Shown here in pieces: positions 37,791 through 47,430 of a DNA stretch of 64,000 nt (positions are counted from its first letter, which is position 1; each line of letters starts with the position of its first letter). Both the position numbers and the translations under genes were made by a program. Origin of the DNA: Candidatus Versatilivorator sp. (GTDB lineage: Bacteria; Acidobacteriota; Terriglobia; Versatilivoradales; Versatilivoraceae); contig OZ242296.1 of the NCBI GenBank assembly GCA_965207735.1, positions 736,001-800,000 of the forward strand. The letters are read 5' to 3'. The notes beneath the pieces are model-generated. The model saw only the letters and a program-made list of their open reading frames with translations. It did not search any database and was not told the DNA's origin.

Positions 37791-40022
37791 TCAATGGTCG
37801 GCTGGAGCGACCGAGACGTTATCGTAGTAAATTTCGGCTGCGGAATAGCCGTAGATTCCGGGACTGCCCTGACGGTGGACGATCGGATCCCGGACCTCGA
37901 TGGTCCACCCTTCCGGCTCGGGCTCATCGCGTTTCCAGACCTTTCCCCGGATCGTTCCCTCGGTTCCCTCCGGAGGGATCTCGACACGAAGCTTCATCCG
38001 GTACCACACCTCGGGGTCCACGCGGTAGTCGATGGTCTTGGAGAAGTGCCCCAGTTCCGACAACCAGCTTCGGATCTGCAGCTTCTGGCGATTGCCCATC
38101 AGGGCCAGGATATAACGCTGGGCGATCAGCCCCATGTCCGGGAGACGCCGGCGCTGTTCCGTGCCCATCATCTCCGCTTGAATCTCGTAACCCGATGTCT
38201 TCCAGTCTCCCAGATACACCATGGTTCGCCAGGATCGAGGGTTGGCGGACAACTTCTTCAGAACCTTGTTGCCGTCCAAGGAAGTCACCACGAATCGGCC
38301 CCGGGCGGAATTCCAGCCTGTAGCCACTGTTCCCTCTTCCAGCCGTTCGAAGTCCTCCTGGAAGGGAATGGCAGGACGGGAACTGACCCGCGCCGTTCCC
38401 TTCAGGCTGCCGACCCGGGCGACGAGCAGGCCACCCTGAGGGATATTGCCGTCACTAAGGGTGAGGCGCCCGCCCGCGGAAACCTTCCCCTGGATTCCCT
38501 CCAGGGACCAGACGGCTTCGCCCGGTTTCGTCCGTCCCCGGGCATCCACGACCCGTGCCGCGAAGGTCTTGGAGGCTCCCGGAGATAGGACGACCTCCCC
38601 AGGCTCCACCAATACACTTCGGGGCGGTCCCTGGAAGGAGTCGGATGCCTCCGGCCGGGGCTTCCCTTCGCCTGGAGCGGTCGGGTCCCGGTCCTCGAGT
38701 CCAATGCAATAAAGCATATTGCGGGTCAGTAGATAAATACGGCCGTTGGCCACGGCAGGCGAGCCGTTGATGGAAACGGCGGATCCGTCGGCATTGGCAA
38801 ATCGTTCCAGGTCCAGTTGTTCAGGGGGCTGGTGGCCGCGCAGTCCCAAGATGTGAAACTGTCCGTCAACATCCGAAACAAAAAGCTTGCCGTCGGCGAC
38901 AACGGGGGAAGCTCGCTGCATGACTCCCAGGTTGTATTTCCAGAGCTGTTTTCCGGTGTCGGCCTGAAAGGCGACCAGATTGGCGGAATTGTCCACGTGA
39001 TAGAGGATGTTGTCGGCCAGGGCGGGAGAGGCATAGCCGGCGGTAAATCCGTCCACCTGCCAGACCAGCTTGGGCTTGCCGTCAACGATCCGGCCGGCGT
39101 CCAGACACACCAGCCGGCCCATGGCCGTGCTGGCGTCGACATTTTCCTCACCGTGGGAAGCGAAAACCCGGCTTCCCTGAACCACCACCGAGGAGTTGAT
39201 TCCTCTCTTGCTGAAGGGGAAACCCCAGACCCTTTCGCCGGTTGCCAGGCTAAGTCCGTAAATCGAGCCGTCGGCGTTGCCGCCGATAAGGAGATCCTGG
39301 CCGTTGATCCGGCGCACCACCGGGACCGTGTAAGTCGTATCCTTGGGAGCCTTGCCGGGAGTCGTCAACCAGACCGTTTCTCCGGTGCGCTTGTCCAGGG
39401 CATAAAAACGGTCCCGTGGAATCGCCGTGGAGCCCCATCCGGCGTTCAGGAAATTGACGAACAGCAGGTTCCCGTGGAGGGTTGGAGTCACTGTCCGCCC
39501 CCCGTAGCCGGATATTCTCCCGACTTCCTCCTTGAGTGATCTCGACCAGACGATCTTACCGTTGCGGTCGAGGCAGTGCACCATTCCTTCGATTCCGTTG
39601 GCGTAGATATGACCGGTTGCAGGATCGGCCGCCAGGCTGGCCCAACCCACCCGGTGGTGGGGGATATCGGTCAGGAATACCTTGTAGCGAAATTCCCATT
39701 CCAGATCCCCGGTCTCAGCGTTGAAACAGGAAATCTGCTCCTGCCAGCGGGGCGGTGTGTCCGGTTCCGCCAGGGTGATGACACAGACCCTTCCGTCCAC
39801 CACAATCGGCGTCGAGCGACCGCCGATGGGGAGTTTCCATCTCAGGTTTTCCCCCTCCGGCGACCAGGTCGTGGGGAGCCCGGTTTCCGCCGAAACACCG
39901 TCGGCGTCAGGGCCGCGCCACATGGGCCAGTCGGCGGCTCCGGCCGAAACCGACAGCCACCCCGCGCTCCAGACGGAGAAAGCAAGCCATGCCTTCAGGA
40001 ACTGTTTAGCTGTCCGCATCAA
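37791..40022 (-). CDS. Exported PQQ-like beta-propeller with Ig-like and lectin-like C-terminal domains
   Basis: DWPMWRGP, repeated TG...W blades, C-terminal WYRMKLRV..YYDNVSV. Confidence 0.82.
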   Translation of the reverse strand: MMRTAKQFLKAWLAFSVWSAGWLSVSAGAADWPMWRGPDADGVSAETGLPTTWSPEGENLRWKLPIGGRSTPIVVDGRVCVITLAEPDTPPRWQEQISCFNAETGDLEWEFRYKVFLTDIPHHRVGWASLAADPATGHIYANGIEGMVHCLDRNGKIVWSRSLKEEVGRISGYGGRTVTPTLHGNLLFVNFLNAGWGSTAIPRDRFYALDKRTGETVWLTTPGKAPKDTTYTVPVVRRINGQDLLIGGNADGSIYGLSLATGERVWGFPFSKRGINSSVVVQGSRVFASHGEENVDASTAMGRLVCLDAGRIVDGKPKLVWQVDGFTAGYASPALADNILYHVDNSANLVAFQADTGKQLWKYNLGVMQRASPVVADGKLFVSDVDGQFHILGLRGHQPPEQLDLERFANADGSAVSINGSPAVANGRIYLLTRNMLYCIGLEDRDPTAPGEGKPRPEASDSFQGPPRSVLVEPGEVVLSPGASKTFAARVVDARGRTKPGEAVWSLEGIQGKVSAGGRLTLSDGNIPQGGLLVARVGSLKGTARVSSRPAIPFQEDFERLEEGTVATGWNSARGRFVVTSLDGNKVLKKLSANPRSWRTMVYLGDWKTSGYEIQAEMMGTEQRRRLPDMGLIAQRYILALMGNRQKLQIRSWLSELGHFSKTIDYRVDPEVWYRMKLRVEIPPEGTEGTIRGKVWKRDEPEPEGWTIEVRDPIVHRQGSPGIYGYSAAEIYYDNVSVAPADH

Positions 40023-40133
40023 ATGGAATCCCCCTGGATCCGGTTACCTCGACGGTTGGACCTCCGGTCCTGCGAGGTCACCGATACTGGTTTTTCATTA
40101 TCAGGCCCAAGGACAAAAAACAACAAGGGCCAA

Positions 40134-41831
40134 TTATGAGTCGGGCTTGCCTGGTCCGTACAAGAATTGCCCCGGCCTGGCGTCGAGGGGACGTCCGGTT
40201 TCGATCACCGGCGTCCCGTTGACGATGACGTATTCGATGCCCTCCGCAAAGCGATGGGGCTCCAGGAAAGTGGCGGGTCCGGCAACCCGCTCGGCGTCGA
40301 AAATGGTGATATCGGCCACCATGCCCACCTGCAGCAGACCCCGGTTGCGGAGCCCCGATTTGGCTGCGTTCATTCCCGTCATCTTGTGAATGGCCTCCTC
40401 CAGGTCCAGCACCCCTTCCTCCCTCACATACTTCCCCAGGACGCGGGCAAAGGCGCCATATCCATGAGGTCCGGGCACTTCCCCACCCGACGGATCGGCG
40501 CCGGCGGCACTGCCGCCGGCGCCCACGGAGACCCAAGGAGCCTGCAGGGCGGAACGCAGGTCCTCCTCGCTCATGAGCGAGTAAAGGACGGCAACCGGAC
40601 CTTCGGTTTCCTGAAACAGATCAAAGAGAGTGCCTTCAGGGCTCTGATCCAGTTCAGTCGCGATCTCCGCGATGCTCTTCCCGGCCAGGGCCTGGTACTT
40701 CCGGGAGTCGGCCTGCAACAGCACCACTCCCGGCCAGCCCCCCGCCGCCAGGAATGAATTAAACCGGCCGGGCCGTTTCCGACGAAGCTCTCTCAGGATG
40801 CGGGCGCGAAGGTCGCTTCTGGAGAGCCGCTTCAACAGCTCCTCTCGTCCGCCCTCGGTAGTCCAGGAGGGCAAAAGATCTGCCAGGTCCGCCCGGGCGT
40901 TTCGATAAGGAGACAAGCTGGCGGTCAGGGTCAGCCCCGATTCCCTGGCCTTCTCGATGGAATCGATCACCTCTTGCAACTGTCCGCGGGCACGGCGGTC
41001 GGTCACCCTCAAGCCTAGAATGTCCAGGGGAACTTGAGCCTGCTCCGCAAGCTGTATGGCTTCCTTTACGGAATTGTGGATGCCGGCGCCGGCATCGATC
41101 TCGGCGGCGTAGACACCGCCACGAACCTTTGCTTCCCGGGCCAACTCGGCAATTTGCTCGCCGCTCAGAATTCCTTCAGTAGCCGGCGGCGGCGAGGTGA
41201 AGAGCCCCAGCGCACCCTCCAGCATGGCCTGTCCGACCCTGTGCTTCATCGCGGCAACTTCGGGCTGGCTGGGTTCCCGCCGATCTTCGCCCAGGACCAG
41301 GCGCCCCACCTCTCCCGTCCGGACGTATGAGGCCACGTTGACGGTGAGTTCCCCCTGCTGTAGCCGACTGAAGGTTTGCTCCCACGGGGTCCGCCCGGCT
41401 GAGACTTCCCGGGGCCCAAGATTGCGCCCGGCGCCGGCCTGGCGGCCATGGCCCGAATTTCCCGCCACCAGGATCTCGGTGGTGATTCCCTGACGCACCT
41501 TGCCGAGGGAGTCGGGATGGAGCATTGTGTCGGGATCGGAACGGCTGTGGATGTCGATGAACCCCGGGGTTACCCACAGTCCCCGTGCGTCGATCACCCG
41601 ACGCCCCTTCTGCTCCCGGTCCTTCAACGTTCCCACGTGAACGATCTCTTCCCCGCGAATGGCGAGGTCTCCTGGAAACCACAGGGAGCCCGAGCCGTCG
41701 ATCAGCTTGCCGCCGGTGATTATCAGGTCGAATTCGTATTGGGGAGATTGCCGGCAGGCGAGCAGGCTGCAGCAAAGAGCCAGCGCCAGTGTGGCCCGCA
41801 TCAGAGAAAGCTGCGGCATCTTTAGAAACAT
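40134..41831 (-). CDS. D-aminoacylase-like amidohydrolase lipoprotein with degenerate active site
   Basis: LLAC lipobox; VTPGFIDIHS, GITTE, LEEAIHKMT, RGLLQVGMVADITIFD. Confidence 0.85.
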   Translation of the reverse strand: MFLKMPQLSLMRATLALALCCSLLACRQSPQYEFDLIITGGKLIDGSGSLWFPGDLAIRGEEIVHVGTLKDREQKGRRVIDARGLWVTPGFIDIHSRSDPDTMLHPDSLGKVRQGITTEILVAGNSGHGRQAGAGRNLGPREVSAGRTPWEQTFSRLQQGELTVNVASYVRTGEVGRLVLGEDRREPSQPEVAAMKHRVGQAMLEGALGLFTSPPPATEGILSGEQIAELAREAKVRGGVYAAEIDAGAGIHNSVKEAIQLAEQAQVPLDILGLRVTDRRARGQLQEVIDSIEKARESGLTLTASLSPYRNARADLADLLPSWTTEGGREELLKRLSRSDLRARILRELRRKRPGRFNSFLAAGGWPGVVLLQADSRKYQALAGKSIAEIATELDQSPEGTLFDLFQETEGPVAVLYSLMSEEDLRSALQAPWVSVGAGGSAAGADPSGGEVPGPHGYGAFARVLGKYVREEGVLDLEEAIHKMTGMNAAKSGLRNRGLLQVGMVADITIFDAERVAGPATFLEPHRFAEGIEYVIVNGTPVIETGRPLDARPGQFLYGPGKPDS

Positions 41832-41856
41832 GGTCGCGAGGGGGGTGAGAGTTGGG

Positions 41857-42222
41857 TCAGGTCTGCTGGGAGTGCAGGAACCGTCCAGCCACCTCTTTCA
41901 TCTTTTCCAGTGTCAGTCTCCAGTGGGAATCGTGCCAGAGAACCTTGGAACCGGAAATGAGCAGCAGCTGCGGCGATTCGTGCCCCACCCCCAGTTGCTC
42001 CGTGATCTGATTGGAGAGCGGGCGCTCTTCGATCACTCGGACCAGGGCGCAGGCCCAGGGGCGATTGGCCCCGCCCTGCCGGTCGAATTCGGAGAAGGCG
42101 GAATAGACCTCTGCGCTGATGGGACACTGGCTGCTGTGCTTCAGCAAAAAGACCGCTTCCCGCTCGGAACCTGCGAGCAGTTCCTGCACATCCTCCGGTG
42201 TCTTGAGTTGAATGAGCGACAT
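41857..42222 (-). CDS. ytxJ: Bacillithiol-system redox protein YtxJ (BrxC-like)
   Basis: LLKHSSQCPIS, RPLSNQI, VGHESPQ, WHDSH. Confidence 0.85.
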   Translation of the reverse strand: MSLIQLKTPEDVQELLAGSEREAVFLLKHSSQCPISAEVYSAFSEFDRQGGANRPWACALVRVIEERPLSNQITEQLGVGHESPQLLLISGSKVLWHDSHWRLTLEKMKEVAGRFLHSQQT

Positions 42223-42258
42223 GGCGCAAACACTCCCTTCAGAGGACCTGGAATGCAA

Positions 42259-43314
42259 TTACTCCGAGCCGGGTGCGGCGGGGTCCTCAGACGCCGCGTC
42301 GGGCTTGCCGTTGCCGCCTGCCAGATCCGCCCGGGCCTGAGCCAGCAGTTCTTGCAGGCCTTCGAGAGAGTTCTGGTGGGTTGTTCGGTAAAGAGACTCC
42401 AGGTTGCGACGGGAAATCTCCCGATAGCCGCCTTCAAGAAGGGAAGCTCGGGCAAAGGCGTCGATGGCTTGCGGGAATCGCTTCAAGCGGGTGGATACCA
42501 CTCCCAGCTGGAAGTGAACGAACTGGGAACGCGGTTCCTCATTCAGAGATTTGGTGAGATATCCGTATGCCCTGGCCAGATTGAGCGTGGCCAGCCTGGA
42601 ACTGCCGGCTGTTGCGGTTTTCGGACTCTTCGGCTGCTCCCGGTCCGTTCCAGGATCAGCCGGGACGGCAGAGCTCTCTTGCTGCGGTGCAGGCTCCGTC
42701 GGTGCCTGTCGTTCCATCTCATACTTGACCAGATAGGCGTGACCCAACCCGGCCAGACTCTGTGCCATATAGCTGCGGTACTCGGCTTCCCACTGCTGCT
42801 GGTCGGTATTGGCGGGCCGGACGACTCTTCGCAGCCGTCCCAGGGCTCGCGTGGCCAATTGAATGGACCGGTCAGGATCTCCCTTGTCGGAGTGAGCCAG
42901 GGCCATCAGCGCCAGAATCGGAATGTTGTCGGGCGAATGTCGCAGCGTTTTCTGTCCGTGCTCAAACATTTTCTCCGGCTGATTCAGGCTCCGGTAATCC
43001 ATGGTAGCCATGTGGTGAGCCTGGCCCAGGTAGTTGGATTCGGGATACTTCTGTGCGAAGGCTTCGACGAGGCGGGTGCGCACGGCCGGGTCTCCGGTTT
43101 GCTCTATTTGATCGAACTCTTCCCGTTCGACCGGGTCTTGGGCCAGTTGTTCAACGGGTTCCGGAACGTCGTAGATCCGGAGCTTGCCGGTTTCCGAGGA
43201 CGGTGGAGCCTGAGCCAAGAGGCGTGCCGTCCCCAGGCTCCCATACTCCGGCAGGTCCGCCTGAAGGCCTGTAACCGCAAGCAGCAAGCCGATGGAGAGC
43301 GATTTCAAGTGCAT
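42259..43314 (-). CDS. Exported TPR protein
   Basis: Signal peptide and helical repeats; C-terminus LESLYRTTHQNSLEGL resembles LERLYKSRNNDSLDGL of the 16066 gene. Confidence 0.8.
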   Translation of the reverse strand: MHLKSLSIGLLLAVTGLQADLPEYGSLGTARLLAQAPPSSETGKLRIYDVPEPVEQLAQDPVEREEFDQIEQTGDPAVRTRLVEAFAQKYPESNYLGQAHHMATMDYRSLNQPEKMFEHGQKTLRHSPDNIPILALMALAHSDKGDPDRSIQLATRALGRLRRVVRPANTDQQQWEAEYRSYMAQSLAGLGHAYLVKYEMERQAPTEPAPQQESSAVPADPGTDREQPKSPKTATAGSSRLATLNLARAYGYLTKSLNEEPRSQFVHFQLGVVSTRLKRFPQAIDAFARASLLEGGYREISRRNLESLYRTTHQNSLEGLQELLAQARADLAGGNGKPDAASEDPAAPGSE

Positions 43315-43434
43315 GGCTGTCTCGAAACCATCTATCCTCTCCCCCTCCCTTCCGCCAGAATAGCAAAAATGGAAATGGCAGGGCACCCTTTTCTGGCAGT
43401 TGCGACCCGCACCGGACGGCGGAGCCCGGCTCTG

Positions 43435-44340
43435 TCAGGACACGATTCGGGCCTCGTTCGTGAGGGTGCCGATTTCCGGAATGGTGATTTCGACGGTATC
43501 TCCCTCCTGCAGGGCAGCCGCTTCCGTCTGAATGATTCCCGTACCGGTCAACAACACGGTGCCATCGGGAACCGGATTGGCATAGAAGAGCCAGTCGATC
43601 AACTCTTGGATGGTTCGTTTCATCATGCTCAGCCGAGTGTCCCCCGAGAATATGACCTGGCTGTTCCTGCGGATCTCGCAGCGGATCGACAGCGCATAGG
43701 GGTCGGGAACCTCATCGGCGGTCAGCAGCACCGGGCCCAGGGAGCAGCATCCGGAATAGATCTTGGACTGGGGAAGGTAAAGGGGGTTTTCCCGCTCGAT
43801 GTCCCAGGCCGAAACATCATTGGAAACCATGTACCCGAGAATCTCGCGTTTGGACGAAAGCAGGACTCCCAATTCCGGCTCCACTGCGGTGAACTTCGAG
43901 TCTTTCCGTATGCCGATGAAGTCGTTGGGACCGGTGCATCGGGTCTCGGTTCCCTTGAAGAAAAGCTCCGGTCGATCGGAAAAATAGACGTAGTCGTAGA
44001 TTCCCGCGGGAGCCTGGGTGTCCCCGTCACGGAATTCGGCGCTCTTCTTGTAGGTCACCCCGCAGGCCCAGACTTCCGGAGGGTGCACGGGGATGGCCGC
44101 ATGGGGCCTTGCCGGGCTCGGCGAGACGTTCAACTCCGACCAGGTCAGGGAAAGGGGTCGGGAGGAACAGTGCCTTTCCACCAGGTCCGCAAGAGAGATC
44201 CCCTCCCGGTCGGCTCCACGGGCGTAGTCCAGCAGCGTGCGCAGTCCGTTGCCCTTTGCCAGGACCGGGTAGACACTCTCATTCTCGACTCTTGCCAGGC
44301 GAAGCCCGGTTTCGGGGTCATGGATTTGGGCCAGTTTCAT
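43435..44340 (-). CDS. Fumarylacetoacetate hydrolase family protein, 2-keto-3-deoxypentonate dehydratase-like
   Basis: EVWACGVTY, RPELFFK, EPEL, NDVSAWDIERENPLYLPQSK, LLTGTGI. Confidence 0.85.
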   Translation of the reverse strand: MKLAQIHDPETGLRLARVENESVYPVLAKGNGLRTLLDYARGADREGISLADLVERHCSSRPLSLTWSELNVSPSPARPHAAIPVHPPEVWACGVTYKKSAEFRDGDTQAPAGIYDYVYFSDRPELFFKGTETRCTGPNDFIGIRKDSKFTAVEPELGVLLSSKREILGYMVSNDVSAWDIERENPLYLPQSKIYSGCCSLGPVLLTADEVPDPYALSIRCEIRRNSQVIFSGDTRLSMMKRTIQELIDWLFYANPVPDGTVLLTGTGIIQTEAAALQEGDTVEITIPEIGTLTNEARIVS

Positions 44341-44367
44341 GAATGTCTCCTGACTGAAATGAAATCA

Positions 44368-44464
44368 GAGCCTTTTGTAAAATTCCGCAGATAGGGGAGG
44401 TGGAGAGTACTGCAGCGCTGCAACAACACCGCCGGCGCTGCACGACGAAATTTGCAAAAGGCTC
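44368..44464 (+). mobile_element. MITE-like element, family B
   Basis: GAGCCTTTTGTAAAATT ... AAATTTGCAAAAGGCTC, with an internal TGCAGCGC/GCGCTGCA hairpin. Confidence 0.75.
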
Positions 44465-44465
44465 A

Positions 44466-45125
44466 TCAGTAACGTCTCGAGCGCTGCAGGGTGATGTCGA
44501 ATTTGGCCGTATCGGCAGCTGCCATGGCTGCCATGACGCCGGCTTGCACGGGGTCGCTCACGATCAGATCGGCCGCCTCGGGCACGGTTCCGGCCATGTT
44601 GAGGGACAGCACCGTAATTCCCTGTTCCTTGATTTCCTGAACCGCCTGGGTGATTTCTCCCCCCATGATGGCTCCGGCCATGACCAGTACCTTGGCGCGC
44701 GGCAACAGGGCCACCGAGCGCACCGCGGCCGCGATGTCCTCTTCCCCCACCAGCGCGATGGTGTCCACCGATATCCTTTCGCCCCGCAGGTTGTGCCGGT
44801 CGGCTTCGCTGATGGCTCCCAGAGCCACCTGTCCCACCTGGGCCCCGCCGCCGATGATGATGATCCGCTTACCATAGACCTTGAGCAGCGGATCCAGGGA
44901 GTCTACCGAAGTCACCACTTCCAGCGCCCGCAGGTCCCGGATGAGGGCGTCCACCTCCGTAACGTCGCGGAGTTCGAGATAAACGCTGGCCGCATGGGCC
45001 CGCCGTTTCACGATGTCGACCGAGCTGATATTGGCTCCGTGCGTAGCGATAGTCCGGGTGAGTTGAAAAAGAACCCCGGCTCGATCATGGGCCTGGATCA
45101 GCAAGGCGATGGATTCTGTTTTCAT
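44466..45125 (-). CDS. ACT-domain plus DUF5612 protein
   Basis: ACT motif DRAGVL..GANI; GKRIIIIGGGAQV..GAISEADRHNLRGERISVDT; SDPVQAG. Confidence 0.85.
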   Translation of the reverse strand: MKTESIALLIQAHDRAGVLFQLTRTIATHGANISSVDIVKRRAHAASVYLELRDVTEVDALIRDLRALEVVTSVDSLDPLLKVYGKRIIIIGGGAQVGQVALGAISEADRHNLRGERISVDTIALVGEEDIAAAVRSVALLPRAKVLVMAGAIMGGEITQAVQEIKEQGITVLSLNMAGTVPEAADLIVSDPVQAGVMAAMAAADTAKFDITLQRSRRY

Positions 45126-45441
45126 TCGGAGGCACCTCGGAGGTTTTAAACGGGAAAACCTCCAACTTGTCGAATCTAAAGCAAGGCCCAATTCAAGTCA
45201 ACCGCGGCTGGACCGGAGGGCTGCGATGGCAGTGTCCCTGTTTCGCCTGAAACAAAAGAAAAATGAGGTCTGCACAAGGCTCGTTGCCCGATTCCCGATG
45301 CCTGTTGCGAGGTTCCCCCCGAAGCGAGTATTCTCAATTCCGGGAATTGCCGGAAATCGTCGCATACATACGCGAAATCTCGGGATCGAGCCTCAATTCG
45401 ACAGTCGAGGACCGATTTTCGCTGGATTCAAGGGAGCCTCC

Positions 45442-46797
45442 ATGACCCATCAGAGCCGTCGCAACTTCCTGCGCCAGTCCATGGGAATCGCCGGAGTGGG
45501 CGCCTCCGGCTACCTGGCATCCAGTCGGCCTCTCCGGGCGGGGCCTCCGGCGCCTTCCGAAGCACTGGGCGCCAACGACCGGATTCTGGTTGGCCTCATT
45601 GGTTGCGGGGGGAGAGGCCGCAGGTTGCTGGAATACTTTCTCAAGGTGGACAAGGTGCGCTGCACGGCCCTCTGCGACGTGGACGATGGACACATCTCCA
45701 AAGCGCTGCGTACGGTTGAGACTGCCGCCGGCCCCATGCCCTTGCAGACCCGTGACTTCCGGCAGATCCTGGACTTGAAGGAGTTGGATGCCGTCATCGT
45801 GGCCAGTCCCGATCACTGGCATGCCCTCCAGACAGTGGCGGCCTGCCAGGCCGGAAAGGACATCTACGTCGAGAAACCGCTTTCCCTGACCATTCGGGAG
45901 GGTCGAACCATGGTCAGAGCCGCTCGGCTCTACCAGCGAGTGGTCCAGGTAGGGACCCAACAGCGGAGTGCTCCCCAATTCGCTCAGGCGGTGGAATATG
46001 TGAAGTCCGGACAGCTTGGGAGGGTTCGCCTGGTCCGAACCTGGGCCTATCTGGATTGGAAGGCGGCCACCCCCAAGGCTCCCGACCGTCCCCCGCCTGC
46101 CCGGGTGGACTACAACCTGTGGCTGGGCCCGGCCAGGAGCCAACCCTTCAACCCCAACCGGTTCCATTTTACCTTCCGCTGGTACTGGGACTATTCGGGG
46201 GGATTGATGACCGACTGGGGGGCTCACATGGTCGATATCGCCAACTGGGGCATGGGGGTCAAGGCGCCCGCTTCGGCGTTCTCCGCCGGAGGAAAATTCG
46301 CCTACCCCGAGGACGCCATGGAGACCCCGGATACCCAGCAGGTCACCTGGGCCTTCCCCCATTTCACCATGATATGGGAACACGCTCTGGGTGTGGGGCG
46401 CGGACCGGAGGCGCGTGAGCACGGGGTTGCCTTTCACGGAGAAAACGGGGTTCTGGTGGTGGACCGCTTCGGCTGGGAGGTGTTTCCCGAAACCCGGAGA
46501 ATCGACAACAGGCAGCGCACCTACAAGGTCGCGGGGTTGCCCCGGCAGAGGGTCGGGCGGGATTACACTCCCGACCATGTGCAGAACTTCCTGGATTGCA
46601 TGCGCTCCCGAGAAGCTCCGGTGGCGGACGTTGAAATCGGACACAACTCGGTCATTGCCTGCCACCTCGGCAATATCGCCCAGCGTCTGGGACGTCAGAT
46701 CCGCTGGGACGTGGAACAGGAACAGGTGATCGGCGATCCCGAAGCGGAAGCCATGACTGCCGTGAACTATCGGGCGCCCTGGAAGCTGTCGCTATAG
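45442..46797 (+). CDS. Tat-exported Gfo/Idh/MocA oxidoreductase
   Basis: SRRNFL twin-arginine motif, IGCGGRG, PDHWH, YVEKP, GTQQRS. Confidence 0.92.
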   Translation: MTHQSRRNFLRQSMGIAGVGASGYLASSRPLRAGPPAPSEALGANDRILVGLIGCGGRGRRLLEYFLKVDKVRCTALCDVDDGHISKALRTVETAAGPMPLQTRDFRQILDLKELDAVIVASPDHWHALQTVAACQAGKDIYVEKPLSLTIREGRTMVRAARLYQRVVQVGTQQRSAPQFAQAVEYVKSGQLGRVRLVRTWAYLDWKAATPKAPDRPPPARVDYNLWLGPARSQPFNPNRFHFTFRWYWDYSGGLMTDWGAHMVDIANWGMGVKAPASAFSAGGKFAYPEDAMETPDTQQVTWAFPHFTMIWEHALGVGRGPEAREHGVAFHGENGVLVVDRFGWEVFPETRRIDNRQRTYKVAGLPRQRVGRDYTPDHVQNFLDCMRSREAPVADVEIGHNSVIACHLGNIAQRLGRQIRWDVEQEQVIGDPEAEAMTAVNYRAPWKLSL

Positions 46798-46917
46798 CCG
46801 CCAGGCGAAGACTTGTGCGCGCGGGCAGTGCCGCGTTGGCGACGGCGTTCGAAGGCTTCAGGTAGTGCCGTGCTATACTCTTTCCCTTCAATTTGCACCA
46901 CTTACCCGGGGGGCCCC

Positions 46918-47364
46918 ATGGCGGAAGAAGACAGTAATTTCAAGGTTGCCGATCGCCGCAAGTTCACCGAGGACGGGCAGTTGCGAGACTCGGTGGAGGA
47001 GGCCCCAAGCAGAGCTGCCAGTCCTTCCGGCGAATTCGGCGCCGCCCAGGGCCCGGAGAAGGTTGCTGCGAGCGGCTCAGCCCCTGTTGTCGGTCGAGAG
47101 GACCAGGACTCCAAGGTGGACTTCCACACCTTGGTTCTGTCCCTTGCCACTACGGGTCTGTACCAGCTCGGACTGGCTCCCCATCCTGAAACCCGGAAAG
47201 TCGAAAAAGACCTCCCGGGGGCACGACAAACCATCGAAATCCTGGAAGTCTTGCAGGATAAGACCCGGGGAAACCTCAATCCCGACGAGACCCGGCTGTT
47301 GGATCAATGCTTGCACGACCTCAAGATGAGCTTTGTCCAGAGCTCCCGCAGGGTCACCTTGTGA
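46918..47364 (+). CDS. DUF1844-domain protein
   Basis: FKVADRRKF ... ARQTIEILEVLQDKTRGNL. Confidence 0.85.
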   Translation: MAEEDSNFKVADRRKFTEDGQLRDSVEEAPSRAASPSGEFGAAQGPEKVAASGSAPVVGREDQDSKVDFHTLVLSLATTGLYQLGLAPHPETRKVEKDLPGARQTIEILEVLQDKTRGNLNPDETRLLDQCLHDLKMSFVQSSRRVTL

Positions 47365-47430
47365 TCCATTCCCGGCTCTCTGAGCCGTTGCCTTCCATCT
47401 CAGACGAGTTGCCTTGGCTCTCCATCGAAC

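Noticed and set aside
41659-44394. 911-aa plus-strand ORF
   Set aside because: Antisense shadow of four well-supported minus-strand genes; no recognisable motifs.
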